Counted from the stretch's first letter, positions 24,231-40,129 are shown. The stretch: 64,000 bases of DNA from Octopus bimaculoides (GCF_001194135.2 NC_068984.1:32122074-32186073), one strand, 5' to 3'. Numbers and translations: made by a program. Notes: a model not told the origin generated them from the sequence alone.

Positions 24231-26325
24231 CCCATTTCCCATGTATTCTTAGTATTTATTGCTCCAGTGCATCTGCCTCAAAGTCTCTATTATACTTTCT
24301 GTAATTCCACTGCACCTCTTAGTTGTCCATAGATCGCGATGAGTGCACCTACACTTTTTGTCTATATCAAACAGAAACATTTCCTGAATGGATCAGCATA
24401 CTGTCAGTTTTCTTGCTTACTAGGACTTGAGTTTTTCACACACAATCACACATACTGACATCATGACCACATATAACAGCACAAAGGCAAAGACTGTAGC
24501 ATATGCACGGATCCATACATACATGTGCACACGCACACATATACACACACACACACACACATACACAAACAAGCAGGTTCAAAAAGTATTTACACGCATA
24601 CAAAAAAAATATGTGGGCAGATGTTTGTATTTACATACAAACACCTGCTCATATATAAGCACATGTTCGCACAAATGTACATTTATGCCGATGGATAAAG
24701 GGGAAAATAGAAAAGAAGCAATTTAAAATAACTGGCTGCAAATAAATACAACAGTCATTTAAAAAGTAAGTAAATAAACATTAAAAAAGATAATAAAAAA
24801 TAAATAAAAATAGAGAAATAAAACAAAGAGCAAATTAGCTAATTAAGGACATGAAAAACAGTGACATATAAATAAATATATGTACTCATCAACCTCTCAC
24901 ATACGCACACATACACACATTCACTCACACACTAAATGAAATAAACATGCATATATATATTATATGAACACACTTGAGTGTGCGTACATTTTTAGATGTA
25001 CAGACAGATTGGACACAATGAAAGATGCAGGAAAGCAAATATGGAGGGATGTAAATGAAAGGCAATGCCATTGCCAAATGTTATAAATTAAATGAAATGG
25101 TATTAAACTACGCTCAATACTAAAGACCTCTTGTGTGGAGCGTAGCAGACAATTTTTTATGACATTCAGAATGCTGTATAGGAAGCAGAGTGCATGCTGT
25201 ATAGGTAAGAGAAAGGTACACAAGAAAAAGTTTATAATAATAAGAATAATAATATTTTCTATTATAGGCACAAGGCCTGAAATCTTGGAGGATGGGAAGA
25301 GTCAATTACATCGAAACCAGTGTGTGACTGATGCTTGTTCCATCAACCCTGAAAGTTGACCTCAGTGAAATTCGAATTCAGAGCAGAAGGATGGCTCCCG
25401 TAGCATTTGATCTTAACTGATTAAAAGTGTTATCATGTACATTGTTTTGTCCTGGTATAAAACATGGGCTACAGCAAATATTCTTCTCAATACCAGATTT
25501 ACTTGTCAGTTGAGCATGTCCCTTAATGGCTGATGATATGTTCATCTGTGATCAAGAGCAGGAATTGTCGGGGAGCATCATAGCCATGTGTTTTGAGGAA
25601 TTCTTTGGGGTTTCAATAATTCACCTGTGGAAACATGGGTGTTTCATTCATCATCCTTAAACAAACCTTATTCAGGTACCTTTTGAGAAGGATGGGCTAC
25701 TCAACCTGAAGAAAATTGTAACTGGGCCCCACCTGCAAGATCCTGTGTTACCTATCTTGATATTAAATCACCATGTCACACACATATGGTTGTGATACAT
25801 GTGCCTGGTGAACTCTTATCAGGCAGGTAGTCACAATGGGTATATTGGGTTTCATATATTTGTACCCCAGTGTCACTATGATGGCATGCACTGCTCTCTC
25901 ACTCAATAACAACAACAATGATAATAATGATGATGAAAAATATTGTCAATGTAATTCCCAAAACATTTTAATCTGTAAACGTTGTCAAAAGTACTATTAA
26001 ATGTACATAATAGCAAACACCTTTTATTGTCACCTTAAGATCATTCTAATCTCCTTATCACCAAATTACTTTTAAAACAAACTTCCAGTTTACTTATGTT
26101 TTGACAGATATTCTCTAAAACGATTCTCTGTGCAAAATCAAAAATACGGCAGTCTAGCCATAATAACAACTTGAACTTCTAACTTGTCTCTTGATATCTT
26201 TGGGTGAGACTTAGAGTCAACTTGTACAAATACAAAACAAAAGCCAAACAAGTAGTAGTAGTAAATCTTGGCAGTGCTTCTGGAGGGACAATATTGCCAG
26301 TTTGAAATAAACCCTACAGACAAAG

Positions 26326-26472
26326 ACAATAGTTGTAGGGGCAGAGGGAGCACTAGCAACCAAGTTTGAATAACATGTTGGAAAAATTGAAATTGACAAA
26401 AGGATAGAACATGCTCAAAAAGCTACTCCATTGAGGACAGCAAAGCTTTTGAGATTGATACTTCAGTGTTAA
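26326..26472 (+). mobile_element. C-terminal relic of an REL-endonuclease (R4-like) non-LTR retrotransposon
   Basis: TIVVGAEGALATKFE*HVGKIEIDKRIEHAQKATPLRTAKLLRLILQC*, matching the PVVVGALG...QKxxLLGTAxILRxVL pattern. Confidence 0.7.
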
Positions 26473-27311
26473 GTATCATGGAAAGAAATCCTTTGAGGCC
26501 TTTCACAACAGGTTGCTGTTTGCTCTTACAGACTTGACTACAGCAAATAGAAGCGAGAGCTTTGAGGAGTAAAATGCAAGTAATAATAATAAGCACACTC
26601 AGAGGGCACCAACCTCTACCGAGGTAACACCAATGTCCTCTCAAAGATTAGCCAGAGACAATTTTTAAAATGAGAATATGTGAAATAAACTCGACATGAT
26701 TTTGGCGAGAATATTGATTGAAAAACACTAAGTGCTAGATACTTAGAGTAAGGAAACATAATTGATTTTAATTGATTTAAAATCCTTGTTTCATTAGGTC
26801 TTTTCTATCATTTTTCTTTTAATTACTTATTTTTTCATGTCATTACCTTTATTCATTGTTGTAAAATGGCACATTCTAACTTGCATGCAAATTATACATT
26901 TTAGAGAAATATCTTTTAAAAAAACAGTACTCTCCCCAGTTTATGAAGTATGGTAAGAGCAGTGATTATGGAAAGAACTGCACCTACCCTACTTCTGCCG
27001 TCACCTCATACAACTGTACAATTGTATTACTTAGAAACAAATATTCATTAGACAGAAAGGAAGGTCAAACTTGTGTAAAGTTTGAACTGTAATTGCTTTG
27101 AAGAAGACAGTTTGAGAAAAATGAGGGAAATTTGATACAATATAATAAAATATATCTTTAACTTTTTCTATTAAAATAGTCTTTTTTCTGACTATAAAGC
27201 TGTTATAAAGTTAAACTGCCAATAGATACTATTATAATATCTTTGTGCATATGTGGTTAGGTGTTAACATGTGCATGTGCGTGCATACATATACATATGC
27301 CCACATGTATG

Positions 27312-27342
<31 letters not shown>

Positions 27343-27520
27343 NNNNNNNNNNNNNNNNNNNNNNNNNNNNNNNNNNNNNNNNNNNNNNNNNNNNNNNNNN
27401 NNNNNNNNNNNNNNNNNNNNNNNNNNNNNNNNNNNNNNNNNNNNNNNNNNNNNNNNNNNNNNNNNNNNNNNNNNNNNNNNNNNNNNNNNNNNNNNNNNNN
27501 NNNNNNNNNNNNNNNNNNNN

Positions 27521-27567
<47 letters not shown>

Positions 27568-28283
27568 TGATAGAGAGAGAGAGAGATAATAAAACATGAA
27601 TAGAAGCATTGATACCTGGTTAGTTAGATATATGTTTAGATACACAAAGACATACCTACCTGCACATACATTTCATATCTATGTATATATGTATGTGGGC
27701 ATGTATATGGTACAGTGTTTTGAAAATATATACTCAGATTAATTATGGAGTGTAAGCAAAGTTCTTACAATTTACCTTTAGTGATGCACAATGCTATACT
27801 TAAATGTTCTATTCTAAACCAACTAAACATAGGTTCCAAAAACAAAAACAAAAAAAAATTAGCTGCAAAATTGAGACAAATGTGCAGAAATTTAGTCTTG
27901 TATAATTTTATCAGACAGGGGANNNNNNNNNNAAAAACCGGATGAAACAACAACGAACACTGAAGTCTTGATTATACGAAGTAATTTTTCTTGTTCACAT
28001 AAAAAAAAAGGAAAATAAAACAAAATAATGAAAAATCAAAACAAATTTTCTGATTGAAACAAATTCATGAAAGATTATAATTCTAAAGCTAAAGGTTACA
28101 GATGTTGCTCAAAATGATAAAAAATATGTTCAAGAAATGAGAAAGATTACTTCAAAATAATATTCTTATTACATTTTAGCTTACAAAGTAGTTTCTGAAT
28201 GTAATATGTATTAAACTATATTAGGGGAACTCAAAATACCAGCAAGTTATTCCATTGAATATATTTTTGCTGTCGTCAATATA

Positions 28284-28680
28284 GAGGCACAGAAGTGGCT
28301 GTGTGGTAAGAAGCTTGCTACTCAACCACATGGTTCTGGGTTCAGTCACATTGTGGCACCTTGGGCAAGTGTCTTCTACTACAAGGTCCAGCTGACCAAA
28401 GCCTTGTGAGTGGATTTGGTAAACAGAAACTGAAAGAAGCTCGTTTTATATATATATATATGTATTTGAATGTCTGTGTTTGTCCTGCTACCATCGCTTG
28501 ACAACCGATGTTAGTGTGTTTACATCCATGTAACTTAGCGGTTCAGCACAGGAAACCAATAGAATAAGTACTAGGCTTCTAAGGAATAAGTCCTGGGGTT
28601 AATTTGTTCGAATAAAGGTGGTGCTCCAGCATGGCCACAGTCAAATGACTGAAACAATTGAAAAGATAATAGAATAGAAA
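28284..28680 (+). mobile_element. SINE family C (CORE-like), full length
   Basis: gtggctgtgtggtaagaagcttgct...ggttctgggttcagtc...ggcaccttgggcaagtgtcttctact...tgactgaaacaa tail. Confidence 0.85.
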
Positions 28681-29034
28681 AACAAATCTGCATTTTATGT
28701 CAACCTGACTCTCTAACCTTTGAAACTAAGTGCACTTTGGGAAAATGTCTTATACTATCCTAAGTATTATGAAAGGATGCAGTAGACAGCAGCTGAAAGG
28801 ATCCCATTGCATATGTATATATGAATACAAGGTGACTTATCCATCCCCATTATCATCATCATTGTTTAACATCCATTTTCCATGCTAGCATAAGTCGGAT
28901 GATTTGATAGGAGCTGTCTAGACTCATAAATTAATATGAGTACTTGCAAAAGCTTGAAAGAAATGAAAGTAGCATAGATGGGTACTGTTAATGTGTACAC
29001 ACGACGAATTTAAATGTAAATGATTTAAGATGAA

Positions 29035-29548
29035 AACTGCATAAGAGTCATCAGATGTTGTGTGCAAGAGAGAAGACTGTACTGGTTTTGTTATGTAATG
29101 CATATGGATGAGGACAACCGTGTAAAGAAGTGCCGAGAGAACCCATGGAAAGGGTAGGACCAGGAAGAAATAGGACAAACTGGTGAGAAAGGGTATTTAG
29201 ATGCTGACCCACACTGTGGAAGTGACAAGGAACAAGGAGTTGTGGTAATTTGCTACTCTTGAGAAGATGCACTAAGCTAAGTAACATCATGGTCATCCAT
29301 GCATACAGGCATGCACTTTACAGGTGCTGGTGCCTCATAAAATGCATTTGTGCTGGTACTGCATCAATGCACCTATGCTGGTGGCATGTAGAAAGCACCC
29401 TGCACCCTCTGTAAACTGGTTGGCATTAGGAAGGGCATCCAGCTGTAGAAACCATGCCACAACAGACAATTGGAGTCTGGACAGCTCCTGTCAAATCATC
29501 CAACTCATGCTAGCATGGAAAATGGACATTAAACGATGATGATGATGG
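29035..29548 (+). mobile_element. 5'-truncated RTE LINE (ORF end, 3' UTR and (GAT)n tail)
   Basis: IRCCVQERRLYWFCYVMHMDEDNRVKKCR followed by the family 3' UTR and ggacattaaacgatgatgatgat. Confidence 0.8.
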
Positions 29549-29832
29549 AGATGGATGTGTCACCTTGTCTCTGCATCACATGATGGTTGTAAACAAGTAC
29601 CACCTAACGTACAAGTCGTTCATTCATTTCCAGTCTTCTCTAAAAACCATAGGGGAAACAATAACTCCTTTGAATACAGGTGAGGAATATTTGCTCCAGC
29701 AAGTTCTGTCTGGCCCAAACGAGTATGGTGAAATGGATGTTAAAATGACAATGATAATGATGGTGGTGGTGGTGAGGATGATGATGACAATGACAACAAT
29801 GATGGTAATGATGATGATGAGGCTCTTATTCA

Positions 29833-29874
<42 letters not shown>

Positions 29875-32485
29875 CACACACACACAAGGGACATTCACAC
29901 AGTTTCTGTCAGTCTGTTTCAATCACAAGACATATGAGATTGACATCAAATTTTATATTAAAAATATTATGTGTATATAGATATGAATATTACAAAAATC
30001 AGGTTGGATCATGAGACATCTCAATTCTTGCTCACTTTACTAGAAATAACTGTCAAATCTACCTCAGTCACAGCATGCCACCTTAAAATAGCACAGCCCA
30101 TTAGATAATGCAGTTCTTTATACACTATGGGATGGCCATGGCTGGAATATCTTTGATAATACATTAGCTAGATCAGAACAGAGCTGGAGCTAAATAACAG
30201 TAAAAGTATTCTTTTGATGTCTAGCCATATAATGTATTTTGTTTCCCATAATATTTTATATTTAAACTGAAAATTGTTATCAATTTTCAATAGCTTTCTT
30301 ACATTGTCATAAATTCTTTCTAAAACTAAAATGACAGAGTTTTACATATTGTGTTTGAGATCAAAAATCTACAACATTCTGATATGTCATAATCTACACT
30401 ATCAAAGCCATACTGGTTTTAATTCAATCTTCATTAATAAAATCATTCATTGTAATGTGTGCAGTATTTTATATAGAATTAACAAAAGGAAAATGATATA
30501 ATTTTCCCATTCTACTTTGTCTTTAGCACAAAACAGAAGCCTACATCTATTGTTGTATGATTTTTGTCAATATTCAGCAACCATAGTAAAAAGACAAGTT
30601 TAAATTGGATTTACTATCAATAAATTCTTACCTAAAGATACACCACTATACTAATTTGATTATCACTGAATGAAAATATTAATGTGATTTAAGATGATTT
30701 AAGGCATTTGTCAAATGTAAACCTGAATATGCAAGTTTGATGTTTGCAATTAAATGTAAAGTAACATTTAAAATAATGTGAACAAAAATATATAAACTTA
30801 CTTGTATTCATGTTACAAATATAAAATGAATGAAAGACAAAAATGGAACCATTTTAATAATTGTTAATATGCTGGTTGTCTATCATATCTGCTTATGTTA
30901 CCAATATTACTACGATTGGTTTTAATTTTATTACTCTGTTATCATTTTAAATACTATTAATACTTTGGAATTCATTTATTAACTAACTTTAATCTCAGTG
31001 ATGGGTAACTAACCATCCAGAATCAACCCTATGTTATCAATACAGTTTATTCATATTAAGTCTATCAATTGTGCAGAGGTGAGTGGCAAAAATTAGGACA
31101 TTCTCATCTGGATTTAAATCAACACCATTATTCTAGCAACTAATAGTGTGATTGCTCCACTTTACTTCCTCAAAGGGAAATCACTTAAAAGCAAACATTG
31201 TTATATCAGAGACACAAATGCTGTTATATTCTTGAAACAAGTAACTAATTCAGCACCTGCTACCTCAAGACTAAAATCAAGAGTGTTCTGTAATTCTATA
31301 AGCAAAATCTTAAACAGCAATCCAGTAATATGGGTCTGGTTAAGGCTCTCAATAAATTTCTGCCTGGTCTTTTAAGTATAACAAGAAAGCAGTGAGCATA
31401 GCCAAACAGGCTGACAACAGGTCATAGCAGAACAGCGGCTAACCTGCCTTTATGGAAATACTGTAAAACGTTTTATGAGTATCCCGACAAGGCAAACCAT
31501 CTCATGATGCACTGTACAGCCACTTAAATCCCAAAAGGATATTGAACAGTCTATGGAGACGATGAGGCTTAGATCAATTGCATTTCAGATATAAATTTAG
31601 AGATATCAGCGACACCATACAAAACAATAAGTTTATTGAGCTGTTCTTTCCCGCAGCTCTAATTACATGTTCTAGTCACTAATAAACTTAAAAGCAAGTA
31701 TTGAAATAATTAAAATAATATTAGTCATTGTGCTAATGTTGTCTTTCAGCACTGTATAAATATTTCTAATTAGATTTTTTTGAAAGCTCTTTACATTAAA
31801 TGTGTTAACACTGACTTAACTATTGGTTTTCGTGCACAGAGATTCTCTGATTAATTAACATTAGTGATTTAATTTTTAAACAACTACTGAGCATTGTTGA
31901 TTATGCTTCATAAACCCAGACAATAATGAAACATGGCATAGCTGGGATACCACTTCTTTGTTTATGCTTGTTAGGGTTACTTAATAACAATAATCTCCCA
32001 CCATAAACATTAAAGAAATCTTTTATGAATACCCACCATTATCTGTCTAGCAACTGTGGATGCAAATATGGTTAAATGCTAATGAATTTCTATTCAAAAT
32101 CATGAGATCTTGGGTTTGATCCTGTGATTTTGCAAATGTCTCTTACTAAAGCCTCAGGTTGACAGAAATATTGTAAGTAAAACTGAGTAGATAGAACCTG
32201 TCTAGGAGCTTGTTGGATGGATTCTGTTTTTAAATCAAAGGCCCAATTTTGCTGCATGTTGTGTCATTCTGAAATCTATATTAAGATTACACATGTCTGA
32301 AATAATCTGTTATAAATTAATTTGTTGAGTAGATAGTTAAGTTGATCAAAATGTTGAATACACATTAGCAAAACTGATGATATCATCATCATCATCAACA
32401 TCATCATCATCATCAAGTGTATATGCATATAAACACCAATGGATAAAGTATATTGCTATCCTAAAATGTCATACTGCTGCTGCTG

Positions 32486-32519
<34 letters not shown>

Positions 32520-34486
32520 ACAACAATATCATTTATATTGCTTGAGAAAATTAAGCTGATAATAATAATGACATTATCACAGTGCTATCTTAAGGTATGA
32601 GCACGCTTGACAATTTCCTGGGGATTCTGCTAGACTAGGATCCCAATCTGTGTACAAGGTCCCTAATACAGAAGGGACTTTAGTGCCAACTTTTATTAAC
32701 ATAATGAGTGAATGTTTTTACAGCCTCACATTTTGTAGAGAGTGCCTACGAAAATTTTTATCAGATATATTGCTAGGAAGCCTTGATTTCTGTAGCATTT
32801 TTCTTTAGACATGAACACTGAGGTAAGAAAAAAAGATAAATAAATTAATTTTTCCCAGGTCAAATGTAGAAAATCCCTTCAGAGACACTAGCAGAAACTC
32901 ATAAACATTGCAGTATGTTTCATAGCTTTATCACTTAAGCAATACCCAGATTGTTCGTGAGTCTGCTGAAAGGAAGGTAGAAAGAAGTCTTACAGCAATA
33001 TATATATTTTGTATTGATGAACATTCAAGAATACCAAGCAAGAATGTCTAATGATAACGTATATCTGTATGATTTCTTGGTAATTTTTTGAAACAAAACC
33101 ATTTTTTAAAAATAAACAATATCCTGATCCATTACAAGCGTTTCTACTTTATTCTCAAAATATTTTGCAGTCAGTAATAATGGGATTTTAAATCAATGTT
33201 ACAAACAATTCAAGTTTTTAGTCAATAAAAATGTGGCAATATTGATAACACCTTAAGTTTAAACTAAGCTAACTTAAGCTCAAAATTATGTGTACAGTTT
33301 TAACATTCAACGGTGTATTGAAAGATGTACTTCAATAAAAATGAAACATCAGTCATGGCTCAAAGAAATCTATGTATTCATTCAACTTGCCAGAGAGTTT
33401 GAATAAATCTCCTTCAAATCAATCTATCATCTTTAAAATGTAAGATTTATTAGGTAGTGTAGTTTTGGATTCCCTGAAACATATGTAAGTGTTAAGACTG
33501 TCATATTTGATCAGCAACATGAACAGCAATAACAACCACAACCCTTCAACTGGAAGGCAGTAATCTTATTTTTTCAGATATAGCACTTCAGAATCATTTG
33601 TAGTTTCCATCACCAATCAAACAACTGTGTAAAACACACATCTATCTGAAGAAAACCACATTACATTCATTCTTTAAGCATTTATGGTTGAGGGTAATAA
33701 TGATAAGAGTGGTTATAAAATTCATTGTGTAGTTGTATAATATATATATAACATAGACTATATCAAACAGAATCAACTTGAGCAAGGTAATCTTTCTCTA
33801 AGCTAATTCTTGAGAAGATTTAAGTTCAGTATGTTAAGCTAACAAAACTCTTTAGTAGTACAATGCTCTTACAATGTTTACTTGAAATCTGAGACAGTTG
33901 CTTAGATTAAAGCTATTACCATCAAGAAAATAGACCTATAAGATAAGAACGGTAGATATTTGAAGAAGAGGAGGATGGGGAGGATGAGGAGGAGACAGGT
34001 AATAGAAAAAAATATATATAGTGGATATTATTTGTTGTGGTAAACTGAAACCAAAGATGAACTATAACTATAAATTTGAAAATAGTCTATAGCCATATTT
34101 TAAAAAAATTTCGGTTATCTTTTACTTCGTAATTTTCTTTATCAAACTAGTGTTTTCCATAACTGAAACTATTTCAATTCAATTTCTACAACTGATTATA
34201 TCCCTGTACATTTCTTGTAAAATTTTATAATATTGCATACCTCTCTTAAACAGCATAACTGCTAATTTGGAAACACTGAAGACTAAATATTTTGAATAAT
34301 CACTGACATGTTCACTCCTAGAGTATTATCATACACAAAGAATGTGATTAGGAATACACAGAATGGACAAAAAGTAAAGAACAAAATATCTGTTATTAAA
34401 TATATACTGTAAGGCAATCAAAAGTCTATAATTATTTCAATAATTTTTACTCTTCAACTTGAAAATATTCATATGTATATTCACTA

Positions 34487-34539
<53 letters not shown>

Positions 34540-34540
34540 C

Positions 34541-34583
<43 letters not shown>

Positions 34584-34599
34584 TATATATATGTATGTA

Positions 34600-34645
<46 letters not shown>

Positions 34646-36899
34646 NNNNNNNNNNNNNNNNNNNNNNNNNNNNNNNNNNNNNNNNNNNNNNNNNNNNNNN
34701 NNNNNNNNNNNNNNNNNNNNNNNNNNNNNNNNNNNNNNNNNNNNNNNNNNNNNNNNNNNNNNNNNNNNNNNNNNNNNNNNNNNNNNNNNNNNNNNNNNNN
34801 NNNNNNNNNNNNNNNNNNNNNNNNNNNNNNNNNNNNNNNNNNNNNNNNNNNNNNNNNNNNNNNNNNNNNNNNNNNNNNNNNNNNNNNNNNNNNNNNNNNN
34901 NNNNNNNNNNNNNNNNNNNNNNNNNNNNNNNNNNNNNNNNNNNNNNNNNNNNNNNNNNNNNNNNNNNNNNNNNNNNNNNNNNATATAATTGAAGGCTAAA
35001 ATCATGTGAATGATTATATCAGCTACTCAGCATTTCATCAGAAATATAAGAAAGTCCAAAGAAGGGAAGACGGAGGAAGGAAATTGCCAACGATATGCAC
35101 GTGCTTACATTCTGCAATGTGTATATATGTGTTTGTGTGTACATATTAGTGTGTTTGTGTTTGTCCCCATAACATCAGTTCAGGAAAAGAGACCAATAAA
35201 ATAAGTACTGGGATTACAAAGAAGAAGTCCTGGGATTGATTTGCTGAAATAAGTAAATGAATACAAGTATAAAAGAATAAACCTTAAAAAGTCAGGAAAT
35301 ATGAAAGGTGAATATATTTATGTAACCACTAAGGGCCTGAGAATCTTAGTGTTGTCAAGAACATGACACCTCTCTAGAGCTGGTGCCATGAGAAAAGCAC
35401 CCAGTATACTCTGTAAAGAGATTGATATTAGGAAGGTGATCTAGTTTGAGACAACAAGCCAAATAATGAAATGTAAGCAAGGTGTGGTCTTTCCGGCCTG
35501 CATAACTGAGCAATATCCTTAAAATTGTGTTGATTCTGAATGTGGGTGACTGATGCAAAGTTGATGGAATACCATAAAGATATTATACATGTGTGTGTGT
35601 GTGTGTGTGTGCATGCACATGTGTATGTAAGAGAGAGAGTTGTCTTCATTTTTATTTGTATTTGCAGCTACAGGCATTTCCCCAATTCTTCTTTTTGCAT
35701 ATAATATTAACTTCTTGCATTAACAAATAAAATTATTTGTAAGAAAGGAATATAGTCGATGAAAGTGATCCCAGTACATGCCTAATGATTATTTTCTTTC
35801 TATTCCATTATAGCAGAAGCAACGACCTTGACCATGACAGTATGAAACAAGATCACTGAAGAATGTATCTAAATATATGTAACCATTCATTCGGTGTTCT
35901 ATCATTTTCCTAAAAATTAATATCTGTCTTTTACCTGAAGGTATCAAAAAAACATTTGGAAAATAAAACCTCATCTACTGATTAATATCAATTGTCTTGT
36001 ATTGTTTGTTTTTTTTTTTTTTTTGCTTTTGTTTTTGTTTTGTTTTTGACAATATAACAACAGCAACAGAAGGGTTGATACATTTGAGAATTTTGACGAA
36101 AATTATCAATGAAATAATTTTGAAATAATAAAATATTGGAATATTTTGCATTGAATTAATTTTAATAATTTTTTTAATTACATTGCAGTTTTTGAAGAAA
36201 TTATTAGTATTTCCAGCAGAGTATTTTTAATAACATTTTCCCCCCACTATTTTTAATTAGAAAGGCAATTTAATTTGATGCAGGTTAATAATTATAAAAC
36301 ATTTCATTCTTCATGGCCTAGTTTTACAGTTTGTTTTTTATTCTTTGGTGTGAGGGAAGGATATTATTGCCATAGTCTTTTTATATTCTTCTAGACTGAA
36401 GAATCAACATAATTAGATGAGGTTAGTAATTAATTGGAAAATAAGGTTAGAGTTTGAAAGCAATTGGCATGAAGCAAGCTTGGGAGGGATTAGCCTAAGG
36501 AAAGATATTCCATACATATGTGATGACCTGGCAGAGTCATTAGTATATCAAAACTAATGCCTTGTGGCATTCATTCTGACTTTCTGAGTTCAAATTTCAT
36601 TGAGGTCAACCTAACTTTTCATCTGTTGGGTGTCACCAAAAATGTACCAACTCAGGGCAGTGGTTTAGCAAAAATGAATGCCTTGCAGGGTTTGTTCTAG
36701 CCCTTGGTATTTTGATTTCAAATCTCACTGAAGTTTACAAATGTTGTAAACTTAATCTGTCAGCTATTTTAACACTGCTTCTTGACTTCTTGGATGCCTT
36801 TAGCATTGCCCATTTAGGCAAGTTCTCCAATTTAAGTATACCTTGCTTCCTCCTACCATGATTAGAGGCCCTGTGAAAAGTTGTAAGTATTTCCTTACT

Positions 36900-37075
36900 T
36901 TCTGATAAAAAGATGCTTTTAAATTATTAGAGATGGAGAGATAGGAAACTCCTCAAATAGTTTCCCTATTCATTCTTTGCATCCTTCATGAATGTGGATA
37001 TTATGCTTACACATTTCCAGTCCTATGGAACATCACCAATCTCTCCATAATTCCAGTATAAACTAGTAGACAACA
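36900..37075 (-). mobile_element. LINE (RTE/CR1-like) RT N-terminal relic
   Basis: Minus strand GEIGDVP*DWKCVSIISTFMKDAKNE*GNY resembles the PxDWKxAxIxPIFKKGDxxxCGNYR motif. Confidence 0.6.
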
Positions 37076-38749
37076 ACAAATAAGTTTGACTTATAAATAT
37101 TTAGACTTCTGCTGAGATCTCATCCAGTTCAGAATTTTATATTTGAGAATCACATGGTTGCAAACAACACATTCTCTACATTTGGTAGATCATTCCTTGA
37201 CACAATGCCAATATGAAGTGTCACATTTTTCAGAGTTTCATGCTGTATGTACCCTTGACATACATACATACATACATACATACATACACACATACATACA
37301 GACCGACAGACAGACAGAGTCAGACAAGAAAAAGTAAAAACAGTATGCACTATCGTAGAGGTCAGCTGTTCTGCTGATGTGAATATCTCTTAGAAAATCA
37401 AAGAGAAAGAGAATAGCTATTGACAACTGCATCGAAACTTCCTGTTTCTATATACAGATTGTAAATTCACATTTATACTAATAATTTTGTGGATAAATGC
37501 CTAAGTGACAATCTAGATTAGCTAGGCTTTCAGAAAAAGGAATTAACCAACTAACTTACAGATTATAAATACAATCTGTAAGTGGAGGAGTAGAAATTTG
37601 TAAGACTTTTCTAAAGTTTAAAATGTGACATCGTTTTTGTTATCTACATTCCAAAAAATAGAGAGCTTTGTATCTTTGTTAGAAGCCAACTTATTCCTCA
37701 AATAAAGAATTTGAATAATCAGAAACAGAAGAGAACTTACATACATGTATATCAGATGCATATAAAAAATTGTTGAGAATGTAGGTACACAAAGCTTGTG
37801 CATAGAAACTGAAAGAGTGTAGTGTTATCAGTTCTACAAGCAAAAGTCAGTTTAGAGATGACAGCGAGTATGTTATTGATGTCAAGTAGAAAGACTTTTG
37901 ATGAAAAAAAATAGCTAATCCATGGACTATGTCTTACATGAAAGAATAGAAGTTAGATAGAATGGAGTATCATAATTGTAAATTTGCTATTAAGCTGGTA
38001 AGTAATACATAAGGAGCTTATAGGGAAGATTCCTCAGTAGATTTTCAGGTTAAACAAGTCGAAGCATTTTAATGATATCAAAAGTAAAAACTTTGCCTGT
38101 CGATATGTAGTGCTGTCTTAAGGAATGGACACACTATGTAGTAGTCCGTGGGCCTCATAAGCCTTTGGAGCCCAATTCTGATTTATGCATTCTGTGCCTT
38201 GCTGTCAATAAATACAATAGGGCCCAATACATTGATTTTCTTAAGAGCATATAATACCACCAAGATGGCCCTGCAAATGTGTAATAGAGAAGCTTTGGTA
38301 TTCAATGAACTTGGCTTTATAAAAATTATAAAAGTGATGACTAAGAAAATATTTTCAAGAAGTTTATGAGATGAACACTTAGAACTCTTCTACTACTTTA
38401 AAGATGTTGGATGTACAAGCAATAATTAGCGAGATCAAAAAGATGAATTTTCCTTTAGAATTGATCAATTTCTTTGCTGATTTAAATATCTGAAGATAAA
38501 CTTCTATTTCCAGAGCAGAATTTAAAAGTTGTAGAAGAGACAACTTGGCCAATTCCAAAATGCCTGGTGGATAACTTGCTGCCTTACTCTTGGAGCTACT
38601 AGAAAGAGTCATGACTAAACAATATAGATAAAATAATTTAGAGGTGGTTTGAAACACTTTTCAAAATTGCCATCTTGTTATAAATTAGAGACTGGACCTG
38701 ATATGTTCTTTAGCAATGCATCAAATTTATAAATATTATTATGTATCTT

Positions 38750-38945
38750 GATAAGGCAGTGAACTGGCAGAATTGTTAGAACATCCGACAAAATGCTTGA
38801 CAGAATTTCTTCTGGTTCTTTACATGCTGTGTTCAAATTCTACCAAGGTCGACTTTGCTTTTCCTCATTTTTGGGGTAGGTAAAACAAGAACCAGTTGAG
38901 CACTGTAGCAAATGTAATTGACTTGCCTCCACCTGCCATATTTCA
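38750..38945 (+). mobile_element. SINE family B
   Basis: gttcaaattctaccaaggtcgactttgcttttcc...ccagttgagcactg. Confidence 0.65.
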
Positions 38946-40129
38946 GTCTTTTATCTATAATTGAAAGAATTATCTTATGTCTCAATGAGAGTTCTTGATT
39001 GAAATCTCAATTTAGTATTCAGCATATATTTTGGGTTAGTAGATGTTTATCAGTCATATTATTGATTGTCCAGGACAAAATGTGATGTGTGGACTGCCAC
39101 TTTTCAAACCTAATCAACATCAGTCTGCAGCAATTGATTCCAATAAATGGAGTTAATAACATCTTAAAAAATTATTATCAAAAGAAAAAAATGTTTTTAA
39201 TCTCTAATGAATATTTTTTTTTTTATATAAATATTAGTATTTTTAGCTTTAGAGCTTCAGGTAGAATTAAAATGGAAGCTAACTGACCTGAATGACTACA
39301 TGCAAAATTTCCATACATTAGATTTGCGGTAATTTGATTAATAAAGGTAATTTTGATAACACAGTCATTAATATGATTAATTCTAGTTGGTAAGATAATG
39401 AAAGGTAAGAGACAATTATTATTCATTATACCCAGGTACTCATTTATGATTTCATCAGGAAAAGGGATCATCATCATCATCATCAATACCACCTCCATCA
39501 CTCTCACTGCTATATCGCTGCCACCAACACAGCCACCACTACTACCACTGCCACTACTGCTACTGTCACCACCACCACAACCACCAACACCATTATCTTC
39601 CTCTTCATCATCATTGCTTCAGAGGTTATACTTTCTTTCCAAGGCTTACATGGCTTGGAGGGATAATTGATACAGAATTTCCCCAATCTTTTATCATCTT
39701 TCTTTCCATTTCTTAGTCAAAGATGGAAGAGAAATGCTCTTGATCACTTTCAGGGCCTCTGTAACTAGTGGAAGGAAGAATAAATATTATACTTGGGCCA
39801 GAAATTTGGCCTGAATGCTTGCAATAAAATTTTGGCTAAATTCACCCCAAAATCAGGCAGTGTTTTTATATCTGGCAGTGAATCAAGTCTACCATCCAAG
39901 AACTGGTTTAGTTTATTTGGTGCACTTCCACATATGTTCTGTCAACCAAGTACCATTCTGAAGGTTTTGGTCATCAAGTCTATGGTAAAGACATTTGCTT
40001 AACTTCATGTGAAGGGGATCAAACTTGAAGCTACATAGTGCTGAGTCAAACATCTTAATCACACAGCCATACACATGGTGGCCAAAATGTCATTTTTTGT
40101 AGATTTATGATGCAATCACTCATACTTTT

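Noticed and set aside
31148-31660. Unique, slightly GC-richer block as an exon or conserved element
   Set aside because: Overlapping short frames without credible splice pairs; conservation cannot be judged from one sequence
37554-37583. Palindrome acttacagatt/aatctgtaagt giving a 16-nt microexon pattern on both strands
   Set aside because: The splice-like signals are a by-product of one 11-bp inverted repeat, with no supporting neighbouring exon
38379-38657. 92-aa minus-strand ORF
   Set aside because: No recognisable motif or convincing splice context; possibly an ancient TE remnant
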